A stretch of DNA of 55,251 nucleotides from Azolla caroliniana (lineage: Eukaryota > Plantae > Polypodiophyta). Numbering within the stretch: position 1 is the stretch's first letter; every line of letters begins with the position of its first letter. The DNA lies in NCBI GenBank assembly GCA_043228905.1, contig JBHGNT010000196.1, positions 1 to 55,251 of the forward strand. Direction: 5' to 3'. The position numbers were made by a program, and so were the translations under genes. Positions 39,300-53,430 of this stretch are shown here, piece after piece. The notes beneath the pieces were generated by a model. That model ran no database searches and had not been told where the DNA came from. It saw only the letters and a program-made list of their open reading frames with translations.

Positions 39300-41950
39300 G
39301 CTTCGATTCACATGTTTGTACACAAAAATCCGATATCACACTCGCTAGGTATGACCATTTTAATTTACTCAAGGGCTCCTCTCAACTCACTCCTCAAATT
39401 TGCTAATTTCGTCATGTCTCTCAACCTGGGTTTCAAAATCTTGATTTTTTAATTCCATATCATAGCTAGCGTTGTTAGCTTCGATTCGCATGTTTGTACA
39501 CAAAAATCCGATATCACACGAGCCAGGTATGAACATTTTAATTTACTCAAGGGCTCCTCTCAACTCACTCCTCAAATTTGCTAATTTCGTCATGTGTCTC
39601 GACCTGAGTTTCAAAATCTTGATTTTTTAATTCCATATCATAGCTAGCGTTGTTAGCTTAGATTCGCATGTTTGTACACAAAAATCCGATATCACACTCG
39701 CTAGGTATGACCATTTTAATTTACTCAAGGGCTCCTCTCAACTCACTCCTCAAATTTGCTAATTTCGTCATGACTCTCGACCTGAGTTTCGAAATCTTGC
39801 TTTTTTAATTCTATATCATAGCTAGCGTTGTTAGGTTTGATTCGCATGTTTGAACACAAAAATCCGATATCACACTCGCTAGGTATGAACATTGTAATTT
39901 ACCTACTAGCTCTTCTCAACTCCCTCCTCAAATTTGGTAATTTCGTCATGTCTCTCGACCTGAGTTTCAAAATCTTGATTTTTTAATTCCATATCATTGC
40001 TAGCGTTGTTAGCTTCGATTCGCATGTTTGAACACAAAAGTCCGATATAACACGAGCTAGGTATGAACATTATAATTTACCTACTAGCTCTTCTCAACTC
40101 CCTCCTGAAATTTGGAAATTTCGTCATGTCTCTCGACCTGAGTTTCAAAATCTTGATTTTTTAATTCCATATCATAGCTAGCGTTGTTAGCTTCGATTCG
40201 CATGTTTGTACACAAAAATCCGATATCACACTCGCTAGGTATGACCATTTTAATTTACTCAAGGGCTCCTCTCAACTCCCTCCTCAAATTTGGTAATTTC
40301 GTCATGTCTCTCGACCTGGGTTTCAAAATCTTGATTTTTTAATTCCATATCATAGCTAGCGTTGTTAGCTTCGATTCGCATGTTTGTACACAACAATCCG
40401 ATATCACACGAGCCAGGTATGAACATTTTAATTTACTCAAGGGCTCCTCTCAACTCACTCCTCAAATTTGCTAATTTCGTCATGTGTCTCGACCTGAGTT
40501 TCAAAATCTTGATTTATTAATTCCATATCATAGCTAGCGTTGTTAGCTTAGATTCGCATGTTTGTACACAAAAATCCGATATCACACTCGCTAGGTATGA
40601 CCATTTTAATTTACTCAAGGGCTCCTCTCAACTCACTCCTCAAATTTGCTAATTTCGTCATGACTCTCGACCTGAGTTTCGAAATCTTGCTTTTTTAATT
40701 CTATATCATAGCTAGCGTTGTTAGGTTTGATTCGCATGTTTGAACACAAAAATCCGATATCACACTCGCTAGGTATGAACATTGTAATTTACCTACTAGC
40801 TCTTCTCAACTCCCTCCTCAAATTTGGTAATTTCGTCATGTCTCTCAAGCTGAGTTTCAAAATCTTGATTTTCTAATTCCATATCATAGCTAGCGTTGTT
40901 AGCTTCGATTCGCATGTTTGAACACAAAAATCCGATATAACACGAGCTAGGTATGAACATTATAATTTACCTACTAGCTCTTCTCAACTCCCTCCTGAAA
41001 TTTGGAAATTTCGTCATGTCTCTCGACCTGAGTTTCAAAATCTTGATTTTTTAATTCCATATCATAGCTAGCGTTGTTAGCTTCGATTCGCATGTTTGTA
41101 CACAAAAATCCGATATCACACTCGCTAGGTATGACCATTTTAATTTACTCAAGGGCTCCTCTCAACTCCCTCCTCAAATTTGGTAATTTCGTCATGTCTC
41201 TCGACCTGGGTTTCAAAATCTTAATTTTTTAATTCCATATCATAGCTAGCGTTGTTAGCTTCGATTCGCATGTTTGTACACAAAAATCCGATATCACACG
41301 AGCCAGGTATGAACATTTTAATTTACTCAAGGGCTCCTCTCAACTCACTCCTCAAATTTGCTAATTTCGTCATGTGTCTCGACCTGAGTTTCAAAATCTT
41401 GATTTTTTAATTCCATATCATAGCTAGCGTTGTTAGCTTAGATTCGCATGTTTGTACACAAAAATCCGATATCACACTCGCTAGGTATGACCATTTTAAT
41501 TTACTCAAGGGCTCCTCTCAACTCACTCCTCAAATTTGCTAATTTCGTCATGACTCTCGACCTGAGTTTCGAAATCTTGCTTTTTTAATTCTATATCATA
41601 GCTAGCGTTGTTAGGTTTGATTCGCATGTTTGAACACAAAAATCCGATATCACACTCGCTAGGTATGAACATTGTAATTTACCTACTAGCTCTTCTCAAC
41701 TCCCTCCTCAAATTTGGTAATTTCGTCATGTCTCTCGACCTGAGTTTCAAAATCTTGATTTTTTAATTCCATATCATTGCTAGCGTTGTTAGCTTCGATT
41801 CGCATGTTTGAACACAAAAATCCGATATAACACGAGCTAGGTATGAACATTATAATTTACCTACTAGCTCTTGTCAACTCCCTCCTGAAATTTGGAAATT
41901 TCGTCATGTCTCTCGACCTGAGTTTCAAAATCTTGATTTTTTAATTCCAT
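39300..41950. repeat. 5-monomer (890 bp) higher-order repeat, about 3 copies
   Basis: TGACTCTCGACCTGAGTTTCGAAATCTTGC at 39771, 40661 and 41551. Confidence 0.9.
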
Positions 41951-44900
41951 ATCATAGCTAACATTGTTAGCTTCGATTCGCATGTTTGAACACAAAAATC
42001 CGATATCACACTAGCTAGGTATGACCATTTTAATTTACTCATGGGCTCCTCTCAACTCACACCTCAAATTTGCTAATTTCGTCATGTCTCTCGACCTGAG
42101 TTTCAAAATCTTGTTTTGTTAATTCCATATCATAGCTAGCGTTGTTAGCTTCGATTCTCATGTTTGAACACAAAAATCCGATATCACACGAGCCAGGTAT
42201 GAACATTTTAATTCACTCACACGCTCTTCCAACCTCACTCCTCAAATTTGGTAATTTCTTCATGTCTCGCGACCTGAGTTTCAAAATCTTGATTTTGTAA
42301 TTCCATATCATAGCTAACGTTGTTAGCTTCGATTCGCATGTTTGAACACAAAAATCCGATATCACACTCGCTAGGTATGAACATTTTAATTTACTCAAGG
42401 GCCCCTCTCAACTCCCTCCTGAAATTTGGTAATTTTGTCATGTCTCTCGACCTGAGTTTCAAAATCTTGATTTTTTAATTCCAAATCACATCTAGCGTTG
42501 TTAGCTTCGATATGTTTGAACACAAAAATCCGATATCACACGAGCTAGGTATGAACATTTTTATTTACTTAAGGGCTCCTCTCAACTCCCTCGTCAAGGT
42601 TGCTAATTTCGTCATGTCTCTCGACCTGAGTTTCAAAATCTTGATTTTTTAATTCCATATCATAGCTAGCGTTGTTAGCTTCGATTCGCATGTTTGAACA
42701 CAAAAATCCGATATCACGCTCACTAGGTATGAACATTTTAATTTACTCAAGGGCTCCTCTCAACTCACTCCTCAAATTTGCTAATTTCGTCATGCCTCTC
42801 GACCTGATTTTCAAAATATTGATTTTTTAATTCCATATCATAGCTAGCGTTGTTAGCTTCGATTTCCATGTTTGAACACAAAAATCCGATATCACACGAG
42901 CCAGGTATGAACATTTTAATTCACTCACGCGCTCTTCCAACGTCACTCGTCAAATTTGGCAATTTCATCATGTCTCTCGACTGGAGTTTCAAAATCTTGA
43001 TTTTGTAATTCCATATCATAGCTAGCGTTGTTAGCTTCGATTCGAATGTTTGAACACAAAAATCCAATATCACACGAACCAGGTATGAACATTATAATTT
43101 ACCTACTAGCTCTTGTCAACTCCCTCCTGAAATTTGGAAATTTCGTCATGTATCTCGACCTGAGTTTCAAAATCTTGATTTTTTAATTCCATATCATAGC
43201 TAGCGTTGTTAGCTTCGATTCGCATGTTTGTACACAAAAATCCGATATCACACTCGCTAGGTATGACCATTTTAATTTACTCAAGGGCTCTTGTCAACTC
43301 CCTCCTGAAATTTGGTAATTTTGTCATGTCTCTCGACCTGAGTTTCAAAATCTTGATTTTTTAATTCCAAATCACATCTAGCGTTGTTAGCTTCGATATG
43401 TTTGAACACAAAAATCCGATATCACACGAGCTAGGTATGAACATTTTTATTTACTTAAGGGCTCCTCTCAACTCCCTCGTCAAGGTTGCTAATTTCGTCA
43501 TGTCTCTCGACCTGAGTTTCAAAATCTTGATTTTTTAATTCCATATCATAGCTAGCGTTGTTAGCTTCGATTCGCATGTTTGAACACAAAAATCCGATAT
43601 AACGCTCACTAGGTATGAACATTTTAATTTACTCAAGGGCTCCTCTCAACTCACTCCTCAAATTTGCTAATTTCGTCATGCCTCTCGACCTGATTTTCAA
43701 AATATTGATTTTTTAATTCCATATCATAGCTAGCGTTGTTAGCTTCGATTTCCATGTTTGAACACAAAAATCCGATATCACACGAGCCAGGTATGAACAT
43801 TTTAATTCACTCACGCGCTCTTCCAACGTCACTCGTCAAATTTGGCAATTTCATCATGTCTCTCGACTGGAGTTTCAAAATCTTGATTTTGTAATTCCAT
43901 ATCATAGCTAGCGTTGTTAGCTTCGATTCGAATGTTTGAACACAAAAATCCAATATCACACGAACCAGGTATGAACATTATAATTTACCTACTAGCTCTT
44001 GTCAACTCCCTCCTGAAATTTGGAAATTTCGTCATGTATCTCGACCTGAGTTTCAAAATCTTGATTTTTTAATTCCATATCATAGCTAGCGTTGTTAGCT
44101 TCGATTCGCATGTTTGTACACAAAAATCCGATATCACACTCGCTAGGTATGACCATTTTAATTTACTCAAGGGCTCCTCTCAACTCACTCCTCAAATTTG
44201 CTAATTTCGTCATGTCTCTCGACCTGAGTTTCAAAATCTTGATTTTTTAATTCCAAATCACAGCTAGCGTTGTTAGCTTCGATTCGCATGTTTGAACACA
44301 AAAATCCGATATCACGCTCACTAGGTATGAACATTTTAATTTACTCAAGGGCTCCTCTCAACTCACTCCTCAAATTTGCTAATTTCGTCATGCCTCTCGA
44401 CCTGATTTTCAAAATATTGATTTTTTAATTCCATATCATAGCTAGCGTTGTTAGCTTCGATTTCCATGTTTGAACACAAAAATCCGATATCACACGAGCC
44501 AGGTATGAACATTTTAATTCACTCACGCGCTCTTCCAACGTCACTCGTCAAATTTGGCAATTTCATCATGTCTCTCGACTGGAGTTTCAAAATCTTGATT
44601 TTGTAATTCCATATCATAGCTAGCGTTGTTAGCTTCGATTCGAATGTTTGAACACAAAAATCCAATATCACACGAACCAGGTATGAACATTATAATTTAC
44701 CTACTAGCTCTTGTCAACTCCCTCCTGAAATTTGGAAATTTCGTCATGTCTCTCGACCTGAGTTTCAAAATCTTGATTTTTTAATTCCATATCATAGCTA
44801 GCGTTGTTAGCTTCGATTCGCATGTTTGTACACAAAAATCCGATATCACACTCGCTAGGTATGACCATTTTAATTTACTCAAGGGCTCCTCTCAACTCCC

Positions 44901-47900
44901 TCCTCAAATTTGGTAATTTCGTCATGTCTCTCGACCTGGGTTTCAAAATCTTGATTTTTTAATTCCATATCATAGCTAGCGTTGTTAGCTTCGATTCGCA
45001 TGTTTGTACACAAAAATCCGATATCACACGAGCCAGGTATGAACATTTTAATTTACTCAAGGGCTCCTCTCAACTCACTCCTCAAATTTGCTAATTTCGT
45101 CATGTGTCTCGACCTGAGTTTCAAAATCTTGATTTTTTAATTCCATATCATAGCTAGCGTTGTTAGCTTAGATTCGCATGTTTGTACACAAAAATCCGAT
45201 ATCACACTCGCTAGGTATGACCATTTTAATTTACTCAAGGGCTCCTCTCAACTCACTCCTCAAATTTGCTAATTTCGTCATGACTCTCGACCTGAGTTTC
45301 GAAATCTTGCTTTTTTAATTCTATATCATAGCTAGCGTTGTTAGGTTTGATTCGCATGTTTGAACACAAAAATCCGATATCACACTCGCTAGGTATGAAC
45401 ATTGTAATTTACCTACTAGCTCTTCTCAACTCCCTCCTCAAATTTGGTAATTTCGTCATGTCTCTCGACCTGAGTTTCAAAATCTTGATTTTTTAATTCC
45501 ATATCATTGCTAGCGTTGTTAGCTTCGATTCGCATGTTTGAACACAAAAATCCGATATAACACGAGCTAGGTATGAACATTATAATTTACCTACTAGCTC
45601 TTGTCAACTCCCTCCTGAAATTTGGAAATTTCGTCATGTCTCTCGACCTGAGTTTCAAAATCTTGATTTTTTAATTCCATATCATAGCTAACATTGTTAG
45701 CTTCGATTCGCATGTTTGAACACAAAAATCCGATATCACACTAGCTAGGTATGACCATTTTAATTTACTCAAGGGCTCCTCTCAACTCACACCTCAAATT
45801 TGCTAATTTCGTCATGTCTCTCGACCTGAGTTTCAAAATCTTGTTTTGTTAATTCCATATCATAGCTAGCGTTGTTAGCTTCGATTCTCATGTTTGAACA
45901 CAAAAATCCGATATCACACGAGCCAGGTATGAACATTTTAATTCACTCACACGCTCTTCCAACCTCACTCCTCAAATTTGGTAATTTCTTCATGTCTCGC
46001 GACCTGAGTTTCAAAATCTTGATTTTGTAATTCCATATCATAGCTAACGTTGTTAGCTTCGATTCGCATGTTTGAACACAAAAATCCGATATCACACTCG
46101 CTAGGTATGAACATTTTAATTTACTCAAGGGCCCCTCTCAACTCCCTCCTGAAATTTGGTAATTTTGTCATGTCTCTCGACCTGAGTTTCAAAATCTTGA
46201 TTTTTTAATTCCAAATCACATCTAGCGTTGTTAGCTTCGATATGTTTGAACACAAAAATCCGATATCACACGAGCTAGGTATGAACATTTTTATTTACTT
46301 AAGGGCTCCTCTCAACTCCCTCGTCAAGGTTGCTAATTTCGTCATGTCTCTCGACCTGAGTTTCAAAATCTTGATTTTTTAATTCCATATCATAGCTAGC
46401 GTTGTTAGCTTCGATTCGCATGTTTGAACACAAAAATCCGATATCACGCTCACTAGGTATGAACATTTTAATTTACTCAAGGGCTCCTCTCAACTCACTC
46501 CTCAAATTTGCTAATTTCGTCATGCCTCTCGACCTGATTTTCAAAATATTGATTTTTTAATTCCATATCATAGCTAGCGTTGTTAGCTTCGATTTCCATG
46601 TTTGAACACAAAAATCCGATATCACACGAGCCAGGTATGAACATTTTAATTCACTCACGCGCTCTTCCAACGTCACTCGTCAAATTTGGCAATTTCATCA
46701 TGTCTCTCGACTGGAGTTTCAAAATCTTGATTTTGTAATTCCATATCATAGCTAGCGTTGTTAGCTTCGATTCGAATGTTTGAACACAAAAATCCAATAT
46801 CACACGAACCAGGTATGAACATTATAATTTACCTACTAGCTCTTGTCAACTCCCTCCTGAAATTTGGAAATTTCGTCATGTATCTCGACCTGAGTTTCAA
46901 AATCTTGATTTTTTAATTCCATATCATAGCTAGCGTTGTTAGCTTCGATTCGCATGTTTGTACACAAAAATCCGATATCACACTCGCTAGGTATGACCAT
47001 TTTAATTTACTCAAGGGCTCTTGTCAACTCCCTCCTGAAATTTGGTAATTTTGTCATGTCTCTCGACCTGAGTTTCAAAATCTTGATTTTTTAATTCCAA
47101 ATCACATCTAGCGTTGTTAGCTTCGATATGTTTGAACACAAAAATCCGATATCACACGAGCTAGGTATGAACATTTTTATTTACTTAAGGGCTCCTCTCA
47201 ACTCCCTCGTCAAGGTTGCTAATTTCGTCATGTCTCTCGACCTGAGTTTCAAAATCTTGATTTTTTAATTCCATATCATAGCTAGCGTTGTTAGCTTCGA
47301 TTCGCATGTTTGAACACAAAAATCCGATATAACGCTCACTAGGTATGAACATTTTAATTTACTCAAGGGCTCCTCTCAACTCACTCCTCAAATTTGCTAA
47401 TTTCGTCATGCCTCTCGACCTGATTTTCAAAATATTGATTTTTTAATTCCATATCATAGCTAGCGTTGTTAGCTTCGATTTCCATGTTTGAACACAAAAA
47501 TCCGATATCACACGAGCCAGGTATGAACATTTTAATTCACTCACGCGCTCTTCCAACGTCACTCGTCAAATTTGGCAATTTCATCATGTCTCTCGACTGG
47601 AGTTTCAAAATCTTGATTTTGTAATTCCATATCATAGCTAGCGTTGTTAGCTTCGATTCGAATGTTTGAACACAAAAATCCAATATCACACGAACCAGGT
47701 ATGAACATTATAATTTACCTACTAGCTCTTGTCAACTCCCTCCTGAAATTTGGAAATTTCGTCATGTATCTCGACCTGAGTTTCAAAATCTTGATTTTTT
47801 AATTCCATATCATAGCTAGCGTTGTTAGCTTCGATTCGCATGTTTGTACACAAAAATCCGATATCACACTCGCTAGGTATGACCATTTTAATTTACTCAA

Positions 47901-50750
47901 GGGCTCCTCTCAACTCACTCCTCAAATTTGCTAATTTCGTCATGTCTCTCGACCTGAGTTTCAAAATCTTGATTTTTTAATTCCAAATCACAGCTAGCGT
48001 TGTTAGCTTCGATTCGCATGTTTGAACACAAAAATCCGATATCACGCTCACTAGGTATGAACATTTTAATTTACTCAAGGGCTCCTCTCAACTCACTCCT
48101 CAAATTTGCTAATTTCGTCATGCCTCTCGACCTGATTTTCAAAATATTGATTTTTTAATTCCATATCATAGCTAGCGTTGTTAGCTTCGATTTCCATGTT
48201 TGAACACAAAAATCCGATATCACACGAGCCAGGTATGAACATTTTAATTCACTCACGCGCTCTTCCAACGTCACTCGTCAAATTTGGCAATTTCATCATG
48301 TCTCTCGACTGGAGTTTCAAAATCTTGATTTTGTAATTCCATATCATAGCTAGCGTTGTTAGCTTCGATTCGAATGTTTGAACACAAAAATCCAATATCA
48401 CACGAACCAGGTATGAACATTATAATTTACCTACTAGCTCTTGTCAACTCCCTCCTGAAATTTGGAAATTTCGTCATGTCTCTCGACCTGAGTTTCAAAA
48501 TCTTGATTTTTTAATTCCATATCATAGCTAGCGTTGTTAGCTTCGATTCGCATGTTTGTACACAAAAATCCGATATCACACTCGCTAGGTATGACCATTT
48601 TAATTTACTCAAGGGCTCCTCTCAACTCCCTCCTCAAATTTGGTAATTTCGTCATGTCTCTCGACCTGGGTTTCAAAATCTTGATTTTTTAATTCCATAT
48701 CATAGCTAGCGTTGTTAGCTTCGATTCGCATGTTTGTACACAAAAATCCGATATCACACGAGCCAGGTATGAACATTTTAATTTACTCAAGGGCTCCTCT
48801 CAACTCACTCCTCAAATTTGCTAATTTCGTCATGTGTCTCGACCTGAGTTTCAAAATCTTGATTTTTTAATTCCATATCATAGCTAGCGTTGTTAGCTTA
48901 GATTCGCATGTTTGTACACAAAAATCCGATATCACACTCGCTAGGTATGACCATTTTAATTTACTCAAGGGCTCCTCTCAACTCACTCCTCAAATTTGCT
49001 AATTTCGTCATGACTCTCGACCTGAGTTTCGAAATCTTGCTTTTTTAATTCTATATCATAGCTAGCGTTGTTAGGTTTGATTCGCATGTTTGAACACAAA
49101 AATCCGATATCACACTCGCTAGGTATGAACATTGTAATTTACCTACTAGCTCTTCTCAACTCCCTCCTCAAATTTGGTAATTTCGTCATGTCTCTCGACC
49201 TGAGTTTCAAAATCTTGATTTTTTAATTCCATATCATTGCTAGCGTTGTTAGCTTCGATTCGCATGTTTGAACACAAAAATCCGATATAACACGAGCTAG
49301 GTATGAACATTATAATTTACCTACTAGCTCTTGTCAACTCCCTCCTGAAATTTGGAAATTTCGTCATGTCTCTCGACCTGAGTTTCAAAATCTTGATTTT
49401 TTAATTCCATATCATAGCTAACATTGTTAGCTTCGATTCGCATGTTTGAACACAAAAATCCGATATCACACTAGCTAGGTATGACCATTTTAATTTACTC
49501 AAGGGCTCCTCTCAACTCACACCTCAAATTTGCTAATTTCGTCATGTCTCTCGACCTGAGTTTCAAAATCTTGTTTTGTTAATTCCATATCATAGCTAGC
49601 GTTGTTAGCTTCGATTCTCATGTTTGAACACAAAAATCCGATATCACACGAGCCAGGTATGAACATTTTAATTCACTCACACGCTCTTCCAACCTCACTC
49701 CTCAAATTTGGTAATTTCTTCATGTCTCGCGACCTGAGTTTCAAAATCTTGATTTTGTAATTCCATATCATAGCTAACGTTGTTAGCTTCGAATCGCATG
49801 TTTGAACACAAAAATCCGATATCACACTCGCTAGGTATGAACATTTTAATTTACTCAAGGGCCCCTCTCAACTCCCTCCTGAAATTTGGTAATTTTGTCA
49901 TGTCTCTCGACCTGAGTTTCAAAATCTTGATTTTTTAATTCCAAATCACATCTAGCGTTGTTAGCTTCGATATGTTTGAACACAAAAATCCGATATCACA
50001 CGAGCTAGGTATGAACATTTTTATTTACTTAAGGGCTCCTCTCAACTCCCTCGTCAAGGTTGCTAATTTCGTCATGTCTCTCGACCTGAGTTTCAAAATC
50101 TTGATTTTTTAATTCCATATCATAGCTAGCGTTGTTAGCTTCGATTCGCATGTTTGAACACAAAAATCCGATATCACGCTCACTAGGTATGAACATTTTA
50201 ATTTACTCAAGGGCTCCTCTCAACTCACTCCTCAAATTTGCTAATTTCGTCATGCCTCTCGACCTGATTTTCAAAATATTGATTTTTTAATTCCATATCA
50301 TAGCTAGCGTTGTTAGCTTCGATTTCCATGTTTGAACACAAAAATCCGATATCACACGAGCCAGGTATGAACATTTTAATTCACTCACGCGCTCTTCCAA
50401 CGTCACTCGTCAAATTTGGCAATTTCATCATGTCTCTCGACTGGAGTTTCAAAATCTTGATTTTGTAATTCCATATCATAGCTAGCGTTGTTAGCTTCGA
50501 TTCGAATGTTTGAACACAAAAATCCAATATCACACGAACCAGGTATGAACATTATAATTTACCTACTAGCTCTTGTCAACTCCCTCCTGAAATTTGGAAA
50601 TTTCGTCATGTATCTCGACCTGAGTTTCAAAATCTTGCTTTTTTAATTCCATATCATAGCTACCGTTGTTAGCTTCGATTCGCATGTTTGTACACAAAAA
50701 TCCGATATCACACTCGCTAGGTATGACCATTTTAATTTACTCAAGGGCTC
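41000..50750. repeat. 21-monomer (3730 bp) higher-order repeat, about 2.6 near-identical copies
   Basis: 4-bp-deletion marker at 42511/46241/49971 and 43397/47127; ORFs at 42213/45943/49673; 3730 = 21 x 178 - 8. Confidence 0.93.
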
Positions 50751-51379
50751 CTCTCAACTCACTCCTCAAATTTGCTAATTTCGTCATGTCTCTCGACCTG
50801 AGTGTCAAAATCTTGATTTTTTAATTCCAAATCACAGCTAGCGTTGTTAGCTTCGATTCGCATGTTTGAACACAGAAATCCGATATCACACGAGCTAGGT
50901 ATGAACATTTTTATTTACTTAAGGGCTCCTCTCAACTCCCTCGTCAAGGTTGTTAATTTCGTCATGTCTCTCGACCTGAGTTTCAAAATCTTGATTTTTT
51001 AATTCCATATCATAGCTAGCGTTGTTAGCTTCGATTCGCATGTTTGAACACAAAAATCCGATATCACGCTCACTAGGTATGAACATTTTAATTTACTCAA
51101 GGGCTCCTCTCAACTCACTCCTCAAATTTGCTAATTTCGTCATGCCTCTCGACCTGATTTTCAAAATATTGATTTTTTAATTCCATATCATAGCTAGCGT
51201 TGTTAGCTTCGATTTCCATGTTTGAACACAAAAATCCGATATCACACGAGCCAGGTATGAACATTTTAATTCACTCACGCGCTCTTCCAACGTCACTCGT
51301 CAAATTTGGCAATTTCATCAAGTCTCTCGACTGGAGTTTCAAAATCTTGATTTTGTAATTCCATATCATAGCTAGCGTT

Positions 51380-53430
51380 GTTAGCTTCGATTCGAATGTT
51401 TGAACACAAAAATCCAATATCACACGAACCAGGTATGAACATTATAATTTACCTACTAGCTCTTCTCTACTCCCTCCTGAAATTTGGAAATGTCGTCATG
51501 TCTCTCGACCTGAGTTTCAAAATCTTGATTTTTTAATTCCATATCATAGCTAGCGTTGTTAGCTTCGATTCGCATGTTTGTACACAAAAATCCGATATCA
51601 CACTCGCTAGGTATGAGCATTTTAATTTACTCAAGGGATCCTCTCAACTCACTCCTCAAATTTGCTAATTTCGTCATGTCTCTCGACCTGAGTGTCAAAA
51701 TCTTGATTTCTTAATTCCATATGATAGCTAGCGTTGTTAGCTTCGATTCGCATGTTTGAACACAAAAATCCGATATCACACGAGCCAGGTATGAACATTT
51801 TAATTCACTCACGCGCTCTTCCAACGTCACTCCTCAAATTTGGTAATTTTATCATGTCTCTCGACTGGAGTTTCAAAATCTTGATTTTGTAATTCCATAT
51901 GATAGCTAGCGTTGTTAGCTTCGATTCGAATGTTTGAACACAAAAATCCAATATCACACGAACCAGGTATGAACATTATAATTTACCTACTAGCTCTTCT
52001 CTACTCCCTCCTGAAATTTGGAAATGTCGTCATGTCTCTCGACCTGAGTTTCAAAATCTTGATTTTTTAATTCCATATCATAGCTAGCGTTGTTAGCTTC
52101 GATTCGCATGTTTGTACACAAAAATCCGATATCACACTCGCTAGGTATGACCATTTTAATTTACTCAAGGGCTCCTCTCAACTCACTCCTCAAATTTGCT
52201 AATTTCGTCATGTCTCTTGACCTGAGTGTCAAAATCTTGATTTCTTAATTCCATATGATAGCTAGCGTTGTTAGCTTCGATTCACATGTTTGAACACAAA
52301 AATCCGATATCACACGAGCCAGGTATGAACATTTTAATTCACTCACGCGCTCTTCCAACGTCACTCCTCAAATTTGGTAATTTTATCATGTCTCTCGACT
52401 GGAGTTTCAAAATCTTGATTTTGTAATTCCATATCATAGCTAGCGTTGTTAGCTTCGATTCGAATGTTTGAACACAAAAATCCAATATCACACGAACCAG
52501 GTATGAACATTATAATTTACCTACTAGCTCTTCTCTACTCCCTCCTGAAATTTGGAAATGTCGTCATGTCTCTCGACCTGAGTTTCAAAATCTTGATTTT
52601 TTAATTCCATATCATAGCTAGCGTTGTTAGCTTCGATTCGCATGTTTGTACACAAAAATCCGATATCACACTCGCTAGGTATGACCATTTTAATTTACTC
52701 AAGGGCTCCTCTCAACTCACTCCTCAAATTTGCTAATTTCGTCATGTCTCTTGACCTGAGTGTCAAAATCTTGATTTCTTAATTCCATATGATAGCTAGC
52801 GTTGTTAGCTTCGATTCGCATGTTTGAACACAAAAATCCGATATCACACGAGCCAGGTATGAACATTTTAATTCACTCACGCGCTCTTCCAACGTCACTC
52901 CTCAAATTTGGTAATTTTATCATGTCTCTCGACTGGAGTTTCAAAATCTTGATTTTGTAATTCCATATCATAGCTAGCGTTGTTAGCTTCGATTCGAATG
53001 TTTGAACACAAAAATCCAATATCACACGAACCAGGTATGAACATTATAATTTACCTACAAGCTCTTCTCTACTCCCTCCTGAAATTTGGAAATGTCGTCA
53101 TGTCTCTCGACCTGAGTTTCAAAATCTTGATTTTTTAATTCCATATCATAGCTAGCGTTGTTAGCTTCGATTCGCATGTTTGTACACAAAAATCCGATAT
53201 CACACTCGCTAGGTATGACCATTTTAATTTACTCAAGGGCTCCTCTCAACTCACTCCTCAAATTTGCTAATTTCGTCATGTCTCTTGACCTGAGTGTCAA
53301 AATCTTGATTTCTTAATTCCATATGATAGCTAGCGTTGTTAGCTTCGATTCGCATGTTTGAACACAAAAATCCGATATCACACGAGCCAGGTATGAACAT
53401 TTTAATTCACTCACGCGCTCTTCCAACGTC
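51380..53430. repeat. 3-monomer (534 bp) higher-order repeat, about 4 copies
   Basis: Private variant GGAAATGTCGTC (TGTCGTC at 51491, 52025, 52559, 53093) together with CTCTACTCC, GAGTGTCAAA and ATATGATAG. Confidence 0.92.
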
